Source: a virus. Taken from it: a stretch of 64,000 nt of DNA. Shown piece by piece: positions 1 to 11,217 of this stretch. Position 1 is the stretch's first letter; the number at the start of each line of letters is the position of its first letter. The stretch lies in IMG/VR virus record IMGVR_UViG_3300029258_003681; one strand, written 5' to 3'. The notes below the pieces were generated by a model that was given only the letters and a program-made list of their open reading frames with translations, ran no database searches and had not been told where the DNA came from. The position numbers were made by a program, and so were the translations under genes.

Positions 1-1
1 T

Positions 2-169
2 GAGTGGATTGGGGAGCATCTTTTTGAGGCTGACATGGATGTTGAGATCGAGGGGAAGCGGGCGAAGCTTCTGCGACCGTACAGTGATATCAAGGGAGGC
101 TGGATCGTCGATCCGCCGATCGAGGGATTTAGGTACTGGAACGAGGATGCGATGAAGGTGGTGAAGTGA
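2..169 (+). CDS. hypothetical protein, 5'-truncated by window edge
   Basis: Open frame from position 2 (EWIGEHLFEAD...KVVK*); its TGA overlaps the next start (GTGA). Confidence 0.6.
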   Translation, partial: EWIGEHLFEADMDVEIEGKRAKLLRPYSDIKGGWIVDPPIEGFRYWNEDAMKVVK

Positions 170-378
170 TGGCTGTTAGAAACATTGAGGTACATCGGGC
201 GCATTGTTGTCGATTTCATGGTTGCAAGTATGGGGCTGAGGATTGCCCTGTGGTGAGCGGGGGAACAGGGCAGTTCTATCCTTGTGAGGTGTGCCGTATG
301 TATGGGATCCTTACCATTGGGCCTTTGAAAAAACGCCCTCATCGAGGGCGTGTGTTAAGGGATGAAAGGGATGACTAA
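166..378 (+). CDS. small Cys/His-rich protein (paralog of 649..912)
   Basis: HCCRFHGCKYGAEDCP...CEVC; 5' part nearly identical to 649..733. Confidence 0.65.
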   Translation: MMAVRNIEVHRAHCCRFHGCKYGAEDCPVVSGGTGQFYPCEVCRMYGILTIGPLKKRPHRGRVLRDERDD

Positions 379-652
379 GAAGGAGTTTTTATTGCGTGTT
401 AGCAAGATGCGATGCCCGCAACTCCATGAGGGGGTTGATTCCGATTGTATTTTTCTTAATAGGTGCTGGTTTGTGGAAGATGAAACCGAGGAAGAATTAA
501 AGAATCGATTTTGGCTGCCTGGTGTGCGATTATCAAGTAGACAATACCGACGAAATGACGCGAGTGTACTTGAAGCTTACTACAGGCGAGAGACTAAGAC
601 ACGTGAGCGTTATGTACGGTGGCTCGCCGAATGTCAGGAAAGCGAGAAGTGA
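362..652 (+). CDS. hypothetical protein
   Basis: ORF track; fits the + strand gene train. Confidence 0.6.
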   Translation: MKGMTKKEFLLRVSKMRCPQLHEGVDSDCIFLNRCWFVEDETEEELKNRFWLPGVRLSSRQYRRNDASVLEAYYRRETKTRERYVRWLAECQESEK

Positions 653-912
653 TGGCTGTTAGAAACATTGAGGTACATCGGGCGCATTGTTGTCGGCTTC
701 ATGGTTGCAAGTACGGGGCTGAGGATTGCCCTGTTGCGATGGGAGAGTTTGTACAATTTTCCCTTTGTGAGGTGTGCTGTCAGGATGGAATTCTTACCAT
801 GTCAGAGCTGAGGGCTGTGACCCTTGGATCTTTGAAAACGTGCCCTCATTGTGGGCATGTGTTGAGGGATCAGGAAAAAGCCGAGCATCAAGAAAGCGAG
901 GGTGAAGTTTGA
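649..912 (+). CDS. small Cys/His-rich, probably Zn-binding protein (paralog of 166..378)
   Basis: GTG start at 649 in frame with ORF 619..912; HCC/CEVC/CPHC motifs. Confidence 0.65.
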   Translation: MMAVRNIEVHRAHCCRLHGCKYGAEDCPVAMGEFVQFSLCEVCCQDGILTMSELRAVTLGSLKTCPHCGHVLRDQEKAEHQESEGEV

Positions 913-1071
913 AATGGATATGCAAAAAGATATGTTCTTGGTTTGGCCATAGTTTCGATCCAATTGATCTACTCATGTTTGAACTAAAGTGCGCGGCTCT
1001 GAACTCGCGGCAGTTAGATCCAAGGATAACTTGTAGGAGGTGCGGTCTTGTAATCAGAAAGCGAGGGTGTT

Positions 1072-1712
1072 GTGATGAGTGAGAGATGTATGATTTGCGG
1101 TGCTGCTCTGACAACTGGAGGCTGTCCTAATTGTTTGGATGCCACACATGTGAGATTACGGGGGCCAGCCAAAGAGCCCAGTGTGCCGTGCCAGTCTTGT
1201 GCGCTCCTTACCACTGCCCTCGCCGAGCGGGACAAGGAGATCGAGCGGTTGCGAATGGCACTACAAACACTGTTGCCTGGAGTTGAGCGTGTAAACGAAA
1301 CAAGCGTTGAAGCACATCTCGCTACTGGTAGGTTTTATCTCAATGTTGCCGGGAACGTAACAATAGTTGAAGGAGACGTGTGTCGAGATCCGAGAAGAGG
1401 GATGGTGTGGACGTCGGACGATATTCAAGAAATTGAAGAGAAGTTCAATGCGCCGATACGTGCTGCGCTGAAGGAAAGCGAGGGGTGATGGCATTACCGA
1501 GTGATCGACAACAGGCGTACAAGCTGCGTATCGAGAATCGTCGATTTGAAGCTGAGAACAAAAAACTCAAGGCTGAGATTGAGCGCTTGCACACTGGTGC
1601 TTTGAAGATGGCGAGGATAATCGCGGCGGACCGCAACAATTGGTCCGAGGTCGGGGTTTCCTTCGACAAAACGCCAGAGGATATTTTGGCCGAATTTGAC
1701 ATGGAGAGGTGA
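1072..1712 (+). other. two hypothetical CDS (1072..1488 with CxxC Zn-ribbon and coiled coil; 1485..1712)
   Basis: ORF track, 4-nt overlap, SD sites. Confidence 0.6.
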
Positions 1713-1713
1713 C

Positions 1714-2697
1714 ATGGATTTCAAGAAAATGGCTCAGGACAATATGATCCTGAAAATACGGGTTGGATCTCATCTTTTCGGGACGAGTACTCCCGACAGC
1801 GATGAGGACTATTTCGGTGTGTTTATGCCGTGCGACGAGACGATCTTTGGGTTTCAGAGATGTGACGAAGTGGATCTCGGCGTGGTGGACAAGGACGACA
1901 CAGGGCGCAACACGGCGGAGGCGGTCGACTTCAAGATCCACGATTACCGAAAGTTTGTGAAGACGGTGATGGAGAATAATCCAAATTTCATGCACGCGAT
2001 CTTTGTGAACGAGGAGAACATCTTGTTCAAGGACGAACTGGGGTTCGCGGATCGGTTGCTGGCGCTGAAGCATCGAATCGTCCACAAGGGGGCGTATCGG
2101 CGATTCATAAAGTACGCTGATTCTCAGCTGCACAAGATGCGGATCAAACCCGCGAACTATGCTGCGCTGGAGCGCGGGTTGGAGCTGTTGGAAGAAGAGT
2201 TCGATCCAGATAACGTGCTGGCTGATGTCACGGCGAGGTACACTGGAACGGACCTGATATTTGTTGACCAGGGCAAGGGAAAGCACGTCAAGTGTGGGGA
2301 TCTGTTTATAGAGCGTGGAACCTTTGTGAAAAAGGCCAAGAAGATGATTCGGCATCGGCTGGCTAACGCGACGAGCAGGCACGTGCTTTTCACGAAATAC
2401 GGCTACGATACAAAGTTCGCGTCGAATCTGATCCATCTTTTGATGACGGGCAGGGAGATCATGGAGACTGGCAGGATCAAGTTTCCATTGACCTACGCCA
2501 ACCACGTTCTCGATGTGAAGCAGGGCAAGTACTCGGTGGATGAGATTGAGAAGTGGGCCGAGCAGCTGAAGGAGGAGGCTCGGGTGGCTTACGAGGAGAC
2601 CGAGGTACGGGCGAAGCCAGCTGCCGATCTTGAGAAGTTCGCCATGCGCGAGCTGTATAAATGGTCGCAACTGACAACGAAACTCAAGGAGGAGTAA
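1714..2697 (+). CDS. DNA polymerase beta-superfamily nucleotidyltransferase (phage RNA-repair type)
   Basis: VGSHLFGTSTPDSDEDYFGVF matches the GS-x10-DxD signature; C-terminal GYDTKFASNLIHLL is typical of this phage family; ATG at 1714 after GAGG. Confidence 0.85.
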   Translation: MDFKKMAQDNMILKIRVGSHLFGTSTPDSDEDYFGVFMPCDETIFGFQRCDEVDLGVVDKDDTGRNTAEAVDFKIHDYRKFVKTVMENNPNFMHAIFVNEENILFKDELGFADRLLALKHRIVHKGAYRRFIKYADSQLHKMRIKPANYAALERGLELLEEEFDPDNVLADVTARYTGTDLIFVDQGKGKHVKCGDLFIERGTFVKKAKKMIRHRLANATSRHVLFTKYGYDTKFASNLIHLLMTGREIMETGRIKFPLTYANHVLDVKQGKYSVDEIEKWAEQLKEEARVAYEETEVRAKPAADLEKFAMRELYKWSQLTTKLKEE

Positions 2698-3977
2698 TGG
2701 ATCCGAACGAGACATTGAGACAGATGCGGCGTTTGGCGAAGCGCATCGTCGAGGATCGTGGTCGGCTTGCTCGGGGGTGGATCACGGAGATGCCGTTAGA
2801 TGATGTTGTCCAATTGGCCGAGTGGTTTGAGAGCTTGGACGAGTGGATGTCGCGGGGAGGATTCCCGCCAGAGGAATGGAAGGGAGGAGCGTGATGAAAG
2901 CTATGTTTATGGTCATGGTCGAGCCGTCTCCTGCTATTCTTGTCCGAGGGGAGGGAGGAGCAGGTCCTCTTCCGTTGCCTAAAGAGACGATGGATGGTGA
3001 CGAGAGTTACGAGGCCAAGGTTGCTGCGGCGATCATGAGTTGGTTGGTCATGGGCTATGATGCTTATGAAAAATTCAAAGAGGTTGTGCGTTTTGCGATG
3101 AAATCCACGCGGGAGTCTGGGATTACAGAATGGAGTATCACTAGTGATGATATTGACGAGTGGGTGGTATTAGGCATGAAGCCGACACGGACATAAAGAG
3201 GAGCGTGAGGATGAAGTGGAAGAAAAAAGGAAAGTATCGCCGTGCTCAGTCAGGCGAAGTTCTTTTTCGTATTCTTGAGGATGGTGGTCAGTGTTTCTTG
3301 AGCTGGCGAGAACCTTCTGGTTCTTGGGGTGGTGGAGAGTCTTTTTCAAGTCGAGCAGAGGCTGAGTTGGTTGCCGAAAGAGTGGCTATTGCTTGTTTGA
3401 AGATCGCGATTAAGAATCAGGAGATTCTCAACAAAAGGCGCGAGGCTGCGGAGAGACTTTCTAATATAGATCCAGCTGACAAAGCACTGATGCGACTGTT
3501 TGATTTATATAAGACTTCTGATTTGAAGACGCGTGAATCTATGCGTCAGGAGATTCCAGACGTTGTAGAAGCCTTTGACAGTATAATTGCTGAGGAAAAA
3601 GGAGGGGTGTGATGTCGAGGAGAATGAAATCAGTTTTGATGAGGATCGGGGGAGTGGTTATTGGATGTGGAATTGGACCGTTATCCCTGTGGCTTGGTTG
3701 GCCCGAGTCGATCATCTGGATTCTGATGGCTGTATCGCTGATGTTTTACTGCTTCAGCATGATCATCCTGTTTGGATTGCCGCTGCCGCCAGCGAAGGGA
3801 TCGATATGCTACATTTGTGGTGCTGAGGCCGAGTATGCGATCCATCACTCTTGGTCGCCTCCCTCGGTCATCAATCCTCCAGAGGCGATTTCGGTCTGCG
3901 AGAATCACAGGGATGCGAGCGCGGCCAGGGGCAGGATATGGGCGGATGGAAAATTTCACTATCTAAATAGGAGTTGA
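2697..3977 (+). other. four hypothetical CDS (2697..2894, 2891..3196, 3211..3612, 3609..3977; the last has two TM helices and a Cys/His motif)
   Basis: Contiguous + strand ORFs with SD sites and overlapping start/stop codons. Confidence 0.6.
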
Positions 3978-4195
3978 ATAGCCCAAAACGAACTCCAGTT
4001 CGCGATTGGCACTGGTGACTAAGTCTGCGTAATCTAAAAGGAATGTCGAATGTTGAAAACAGGGCTTGACTCGGCGCGTATAATTACCCCATATTGCTCT
4101 CCCGTCAATATTCAAAAAATCATCCAAGCTCGAACCAAGGGAACACGGAGAGGGTATTATAGGGGTTAACAAACCCAAAAAAGGCCGTAACAGGG

Positions 4196-4224
4196 TTGAC
4201 AAACGCTGAGAGAGGATTTATGAT
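4196..4224 (+). promoter_or_regulatory. sigma70-like promoter TTGACA-N17-TATGAT
   Basis: Near-consensus hexamers, 17-nt spacer, intergenic, ~50 nt before ATG 4272. Confidence 0.8.
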
Positions 4225-4271
4225 CCTAGCAACCTGGAGATACCGACCGAGATGGTCGGAGGAGGTTCAAG

Positions 4272-4508
4272 ATGGCCAAGGTAAGAATATTTGATAGGCG
4301 TGACGAGGACGAGAAGGAGCTTTTCGTCTCTGTCGAATTCGAACAAGTCGACATACTGGAGTCGGGAAACCTCGGTGCCCTTGGGCGCGAGAAGGAGACG
4401 GCTCTTCTCACGGCACTGGGGAAGGTCACGGCGCTGGAGGCGGAGCTAGTCTCGGCCAAGCGCGCCCTCCTGCTGCAATTGCAGGTTGTTCGTGCAGAAA
4501 ACGAATAG
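4272..4508 (+). CDS. hypothetical protein
   Basis: AGGAGG SD, first gene after the promoter. Confidence 0.65.
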   Translation: MAKVRIFDRRDEDEKELFVSVEFEQVDILESGNLGALGREKETALLTALGKVTALEAELVSAKRALLLQLQVVRAENE

Positions 4509-4519
4509 GGGAGCGTACG

Positions 4520-5164
4520 TTGAAACTGAAAAACAACACTGACTTCCCTGATTGGTTCCTGCGGAGGATGATCTCATGGGTCTGCAAGAACGGGCATATC
4601 GGGTGGTCGACGAAGAAGATCCGAGGGGGCGTTGAGGTCCGCAATCGCAACAAGCGGTACGCGAGCAGTTCTGGGTGTGCATGGCCGAGGGGCGAGCGGA
4701 TGGTTTTGTCGATCGGTACGCTCGATGTCTTCCGTCCTTACCTTCTCGATGAGAATGGGAAGCACATCAAGAACGATGACGGCCATGGTTTCAAAGTTGC
4801 GGACGAACCAGATCGGGCGGCGCGAATCCGTACGCTGGTGGAGCTGACCGCGCACGAGGTCACGCATCTCGCGCAGTGGGAGAAGACTTCGGATAAGGGC
4901 AGGTACTCTGAGAAGGAGGCGGATCGGGTAGCTAGATGGGTGCTGGAGGATTTCAAAAAGGAGGAGGCTGCATTGACGGCGGCTTGGATGGAGCCACCGA
5001 AATACGCGACAAAGCCAAAAAAGGAGAAGCCGACGATCAAGGAGAGGAACGCGGCGAAGGCCAGGGCCAACCTAAAGACCTGGGAGCGCAAGCTGAAGCT
5101 GGCGAAAACCAAATGGAAGAAATACGAACAACAGGTTCGTCGGTACGAGAAGGAGGGGTATTGA
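4520..5164 (+). CDS. HExxH putative zinc metallopeptidase with basic coiled-coil C-terminus
   Basis: AHEVTHLAQWE followed by YSEKEAD (candidate third-ligand Glu). Confidence 0.55.
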   Translation: MKLKNNTDFPDWFLRRMISWVCKNGHIGWSTKKIRGGVEVRNRNKRYASSSGCAWPRGERMVLSIGTLDVFRPYLLDENGKHIKNDDGHGFKVADEPDRAARIRTLVELTAHEVTHLAQWEKTSDKGRYSEKEADRVARWVLEDFKKEEAALTAAWMEPPKYATKPKKEKPTIKERNAAKARANLKTWERKLKLAKTKWKKYEQQVRRYEKEGY

Positions 5165-6181
5165 TGAAAACCGTATGGATTCCTGGCGAGGCGTATTGCC
5201 ACGCCCTCGAATGCATTGATCCTGAGAAATCGGATCTGATGGGCGAGGCGATCCAGACTCGGAACTACAAGCGTGGTAGGTCGAGCCACTTGGTGAAGGC
5301 CACTACAGAGCTGGCAAAGTGGTTCAGAGGCGAGGCTGAGTTCTGGAGTGGCCACGGGGTAGATCCTGATAGCAAATGGCGCGTGCGACCATGCAGGGTT
5401 GCTGCCAAGCGCATCGAGAAGGCGCTGGAGGAGAGATGAAGTTTTATTGTGTGACATATCGAGACGAGTCTGCGCCAGAGGGTATCGGGTTCGACATTTT
5501 TCGATCGAAGGCTGCTGCTAAGTCGTGCGCGGCTGAAATTCGCAGGATTTGCAGGAAGCAGGCGAGGGATTTGCAGGCCCAGGTGGAAGGTAAGGAGTTG
5601 GATTATTCACCTTCCATAGTCGACGAGGAATATACCGACATCGAGGTTGTGGAGATTCCCGAAGGTCTGACGCCGAAGGAGATGATTTTCTGGGCGCTCA
5701 AATGGCAAGTTGTTTGTTGAGGAGGAATATTATGGATGAAACTTTGGTGGAATGGCGCAAACACAAGCGTGAGGCGGTTCATGATTACGATCGGAAGCTG
5801 GAGCTGACGAAGGATGGGATCCCGTGTCCGACTACTGCTCAGATCGGTCTCAAGCTGGTGGAAGCAGGGGATGCGATATCAATCTCGTTGCTGGGTGGTA
5901 TGTCGCACGGCAGCGTGGCATTCACAAAGGACCAGAACAAGGCGTTCGAACGGTGGTTCCCGACGGACGATTCGGAGCCGACTAATGAGTTGGAGCGGGC
6001 CGGATCGTTCCGCAATCTGATGCGGCATGTCGAGGCACACGGGGTGCGCTTGATGGGATTCCTTGCAGGCCGTAGACTATTGGAACCTGGTCGTGATCCC
6101 GTCCTTACGCTCGCGGAGATGCTGGAGGATTACCTGGAGGAGCCCGTTGTGGATTTGACAGAGGAAGAAGAGACAACATGA
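5164..6181 (+). other. three hypothetical CDS (5164..5439, 5436..5720, 5732..6181)
   Basis: Overlapping start/stop codons, SD sites. Confidence 0.6.
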
Positions 6182-6474
6182 GGTGTTTGCGTTGTGGATA
6201 CTGCTGCAAGCGGTCCTGGGTGGTCATCGTTATTGATCCTGCTCTAGGGCCTATTGATAGCAACCTGAAAGCGATAGATCTCATTCAGGATGGTCCTTGT
6301 CCTCACCTTCGAGGAGATAAGCCAGGAGAGCATTCTTGTGCAGTCCATGATGAGCCGTGGTACAAGGAGACACCTTGTTTTAGTCATGGTCAAATCGAAC
6401 GATCGCTAAATGATGAGTGTCGGATGGGTGCTTACATCCTATCCAGGGAAAGTGAGGAAGAAGATGACAATTAG
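6178..6474 (+). CDS. YkgJ-like Fe-S/Zn cysteine-cluster protein
   Basis: CLRCGYCC ... CPHL ... CAVH ... C pattern. Confidence 0.65.
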   Translation: MRCLRCGYCCKRSWVVIVIDPALGPIDSNLKAIDLIQDGPCPHLRGDKPGEHSCAVHDEPWYKETPCFSHGQIERSLNDECRMGAYILSRESEEEDDN

Positions 6475-7416
6475 TTCAGATGGGATATTGTTTTTTGGCA
6501 TCGAGCTGGGTGACGATTATGACAACGAGTGGCCGTGGGAACAGGTAGGAGATGAGGAAGAGTGGGAGGCTTTTGTCGCGGAGAAGCTGGGGGTGAAGAA
6601 GCCCGATGTTCCCTACGAGGGGAACGAGGCAGTTCACAGTGCGTATTGGGATGCCAAGCGTGACATTATCAAGCCGCTGGATTGCGAGATCGGTCTCCAT
6701 TGCAGCTACGATCATGGGATGCTGTATGTAGCTTTGAAGTCCAAGAATTTGACGGCCAGTCGCGGGTCTCCCCAGGTGGTCACGGAGGATTTCATGAAGA
6801 TCACGTCCGAGGACATCCAGAAGCTGAAGGAGTTTTGCAAGCTGGCGGAGATCGAGTGGCAGGAGCCGAAGTGGTATTTGACCAGTTTGTACGGGTAGAA
6901 ATCTAATGAGGCATGAAATTCGAGTCGAGGAATACACGCGAGATGCCGACGGGAAGGTTCTTGTGCAAGTGACCATGTCCGAGTTGGCGGGGGCGGGTAT
7001 GTTTCGCATTGTGAGCCTGGGTCAAACGGTCGAAGAGGCGATGCTTGAATTGGCTCACCGTTTGCGTTTGGTTGCTGACGATGCGGATGATATCGCGGAC
7101 AAAATATTCGATCAATACAGGGTGGAGAATGACGAAAAGGCGAACTCCAGTTCGCAGGAAGGAAAAGAAGAAAATGGACCTAACCTTAGATTGCTCAAAT
7201 GTGACGGTGGAGCCGTGGGGGATGAAGCATGTCCGAGTGACGATGGAGGAGATTGACGAGAATGACATCGATAGCGCGGGCGAGGAATTGCTCGGTGCGA
7301 TCGACTCCGATAAGATTGTGGCCAAAGTGGATGTGGATGATTTCTGCTCGGAGTACGAGGTTGAGGTGGCGGACTGGCTGAAAAACCATGGGTATACGGT
7401 TGAGGAGATTGAATAG
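6464..7416 (+). other. three hypothetical acidic CDS (6464..6898, 6906..7256, 7174..7416)
   Basis: ORF track with starts refined by SD position. Confidence 0.55.
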
Positions 7417-7419
7417 CAG

Positions 7420-7448
7420 TTGAATAACGCGTTGCACTGTGGCAATAT
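7420..7448 (+). promoter_or_regulatory. sigma70-like promoter TTGAAT-N17-CAATAT
   Basis: Same AACGC spacer start as the other phage promoters; intergenic. Confidence 0.55.
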
Positions 7449-7554
7449 GCCCTGGTGATACTCGACGCTGATGTCGGGGAGGAATGAGGAGTAGATGGTA
7501 CGTTACAAAATTCACACAAGGTCAACACATAGTCGAAGGAGTTACAATAATGAG

Positions 7555-8223
7555 ATGAGGGGTGAGGAGGTGCAATCGCTTCTGACCAAGGTTCATTTCA
7601 TGATGTCTATTGCGCTCGCGGTGACAGCGGTGTTTGCCTGGGTGTGCATTGGGCGCGACTTGTTCAGCATCGATCCCGAGACACAAAAGATGATGATGAG
7701 CGAGTATTGGATCGGCGCGCTGGTCGCTGAGATCGTGGTGGTTCTCATCTTGATATTCGGGATCGACCATTTGCACAACGGGGTGGCGGGGCTGCTGTTT
7801 TTCTTTTATGCGGCTCTGAATGGCGTGACAATCGCTCCTGTCGTGGCGGCTTATACGGAGGGGTCGGTGGCTCTTGCCTTTGTGGTAACGGGCGGCACTT
7901 TTCTGGCGATGAGCATCTACGGTGCGACGACGAAGAAGGATCTGGATAGCATCGGGGCGTTTTTGTTCATGGGCTTGTGTGGGTTGATCCTGGCGATGCT
8001 CATGAATTTTTTGTTTCGTAACGAATTGATGGATTTTCTCATCAGTTGTGCGGCGGTGCTGATATTCACTGGGCTGACAGCCTGGGACACGCAGAAAATA
8101 AAAAGTGGCAAGATCCCAGGGGGTCGTGCGGGGAACAAGGTGGTGTTCGGGGCGCTGATGTTGTACCTGGATTTCATCAACCTTTTCTTGCATCTCTTGC
8201 GATTGCTTGGCCAGAAAAAGTAG
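7555..8223 (+). CDS. Bax inhibitor-1/YccA family multi-pass membrane protein
   Basis: About seven hydrophobic helices; TKKDLDSIGAFLFMGL, AWDTQKIK and GALMLYLDFINLFLHLLRLLG are family-typical. Confidence 0.9.
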   Translation: MRGEEVQSLLTKVHFMMSIALAVTAVFAWVCIGRDLFSIDPETQKMMMSEYWIGALVAEIVVVLILIFGIDHLHNGVAGLLFFFYAALNGVTIAPVVAAYTEGSVALAFVVTGGTFLAMSIYGATTKKDLDSIGAFLFMGLCGLILAMLMNFLFRNELMDFLISCAAVLIFTGLTAWDTQKIKSGKIPGGRAGNKVVFGALMLYLDFINLFLHLLRLLGQKK

Positions 8224-8229
8224 GTAACA

Positions 8230-11217
8230 ATGGAATTCAAGACGAAAGATGCTGAGACTGCGTATAGGGAGATGCTGACAGATGTATCCGAGCGTGCGAT
8301 ACGGATGTATGCGGATGTGAAGCGCATGAATTTGGAACCTCATCTAGCATTCTCATTGAATATGGCGGTTGAGCAATTTCAGTATGCGGGGCTTGCTAAG
8401 GCGATCGAAGTTGGGACGAGCGTGGATGCGACATGGGCAGGTTTGAGTGGGAGCATTGCGCTTGCTTCTATGAGAGGGGATTAGCTGATGTCGAGACGCG
8501 AGAGGTTGTCGGATAAATATCGGCGTGAGAATGCTGTTGATCCAGCCGAGAATCAGACGGCCATCTACGATTCTTATGGCGAATCGGATGGGACGTATGT
8601 GGTTGGCGAATTGGTTGATGTGAGGCTTCCGACGGGTGATTGGGTGCTGGGCGCGATAGTCATGATTGACCGTTTTCTGTCGTCTTCTGGAAGTGAATTG
8701 TATGTGAAAATCGTTGTGGTGAAGGGAAATAAAATGTGGGGGGTCGAGGTTAGAAGTCCTCGTGACATTAGGCTCAAGCATCGAATGCGCCCGTTGAAAG
8801 CGTGGCTGAAATACTAGGAGAGAGCATGACAAAGGATAACGGTATCATTCCCATTCCTGGCTTGGTCGAAGAAGAGGAAAGGGACAAGAAATTGGATCTG
8901 GAGCGTTTGAATACGCTGTTGGACACGACCGCAGGGGCGCTTCAGGAGGCCGCTCCTGCCGATCTCAGCCCCGTTGAGCGGTCATTGCAGCTGGCGCGCG
9001 CAAAGAGGCTATCGGGCGAGCTGAAGGGGCATATCGAGGCCCTGTGTGCCGATGTGCCCGAGACGCACATGGTTCGCGTGAGGAATCACGATGGTATCAG
9101 TGAGCAGCATGAAGTCACGTTTCCGATCTACGCCAAGGGGGATAAGCCTGGTGAATACAGGAAGATTGATAGTGAGATGACGGAGATTTCTTTCTCCTCG
9201 GAAAAAAACCCGCATTTCGTGGATCATCACGAAGTGACCAAGAGGCGTATCAATTTTTTAAATGGTGCTGGCGCCGACTACTGGCTCGGGCGCGGGAAGT
9301 ACAAGCTGGACGAGGAGACGTTCGTCAGCGAGACGACTCGCATCGCGTGGGAGATCCTACAGCTCGCTGGGGTGGGTGAAGATGAAGCTGGATCGTGATG
9401 TCTTGATTGTAAATGCCCAGATCCGCGATCCGAAATTGCTGAAGCATATTCGACGCGGTTGGATTAAGAATGTGAGCATGAGCGATCGAGGTGTCCTGAC
9501 GTTTTTGCCAAGTTTTCCGTGGTGGTATCGGTGGTGGTTTGGTATGAGACGCTGGTTCCAGGAGGCGATAAGGGGGAAATGAACCGAGCGACGCGTCAGA
9601 AGTTGTCGGCGCTTCGGGCGCTGGTTGATCATCCTGGGACGCCAGAACATGAACGTGAAAATGCTGAGGTTCGGATTCGTGAGATCGAGGAGCGGGTAAA
9701 GAAGGAGAAGGCTGTTGGTCAGCGCAGGGCGATGCCTACTTCGATGGCGAAGATGGCCGAGCGCATTTCTCGGCAGGGGCTGGCGAGGTTTAAAAATCGG
9801 GTACGGGGAACAGATCTCGAATCCATGATGCCCGAGCCAGAGTTTTATGAGGATTGGCCATTTGGATGGACGGGACCGAGGGAGAAGTTGAAAGAGGTTG
9901 AGATGGGAGATGGCTTCAGGGGAGAGCGTATTATTGGATGGAAGTGTCCCGATTGTGGGGGGCATGTGACTAGGATTGTTACGGGGAAAAAGTTGATTCA
10001 GTTTATGGGGAATCCTCGTGGTTTGAGAGATTATATTGAGCGTATTGTCAGCGCCGAGACCAATCACTTGTGTGTTGATTGTTGGAAGAAATGGGATAAG
10101 CAATGAGTGTTCATGCAGCGGAGCAGCGGATGCGTGTGATGCAGGGGCGGATCGTCGATGCCGCCATGGTCTACTCGACTATTCTGGAGGGAAGCAAGCA
10201 GGAAGTGCAGAGCTATCTGCGGGAGAACTTACAGACTGAGGATTTGCGTGTCGAGGTGTTCATTCGTGGAAACAATCGGAGAAGTTATGGGCAATGGGTC
10301 GAGGTTCGCAACCTGGAGAAGTTTGATGAGGAGAAGTAAAATGCGGAGCCATGTTCCATTGTGGGTGTTGTCGATCGTGTCCGTTGTTATAATTTTGATG
10401 TCGGGCTATTCTTTTTTTCTTATTCGTAAACATAAAAATATGCTGTGGAAAGAGATCGAGAATCTGGGCCGTGTGAATTTAGAATTAAACGATGAGAATT
10501 CATATCTGTTGGAGCGAGAGCATTTGTACGATTGTGATATTCCTTGTGACGAGTTGAATCGATTGTACGAGGCGGCGGTGCGGGATTCGCGTGCCTGGAA
10601 GGAGCAGGCGGCCAATTGTGTCCATGAGACGATCAGGGTGAGGGCCAATTAATGGACGAGAACAAGCTGAAAAAATTGAGGGAGATCGAGTATAGGGTGC
10701 CAGGGTGCTGCGGGCTCTGTGTTAGTTTTCGTGGCAACTGGTCGACGGGATGGGGGACTTGCACCCAGCATCGGTACCAGCACAAGAAGCACGCGGGGGA
10801 CAAGCGTCAGATGAGCGTCTGCATCTACGGGCGTTGTGACGAGTTTTTCGAGGGAGACAAAATGGATCTCGGCAGTTTTGTTGAGTTCCTGGAGGTGCTA
10901 GGAGCATGAGGACACTGACTCTGCCGAGTGACGAGTTGCCTGGTCCGACGGCGCCCCCGTTGGTGGTGATACGAGAAGGTGATGTGCTGGTTCGGGACAG
11001 GACCGCTATCACGTATGTCATGAAAGTGACGGCCATTGGAGAGAAGGCCGCGTTGGTGAAGCCTCTAGGATGGTTTTTCTTCAGAAGCGAAGAGGGTGAC
11101 GTGTCGCAGATGCACCGTCCCTACAGCATTTCCAGTGCGAAAGAGCAACGTCTCACGAGCATGGCGCAGTGGCGTCACTGGGCAGACGTGTATCCGGGAA
11201 AGGAACAACCGCAATGA
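8230..11217 (+). other. run of hypothetical CDS (8230..8484, 8488..8817, 8826..9398, 9382..9582, 9579..10106 with DUF2786-like N-terminus and CPDC, 10103..10339, 10341..10652 TM plus coiled coil, 10652..10909 Cys-rich, 10906..11217)
   Basis: Continuous + strand train with overlapping start/stop codons. Confidence 0.55.

Noticed and set aside
979-994. Tenth copy of the 16-bp dyad (TTGAACTAAAGTGCGC)
   Set aside because: Three mismatches to the consensus; not distinguishable from chance.
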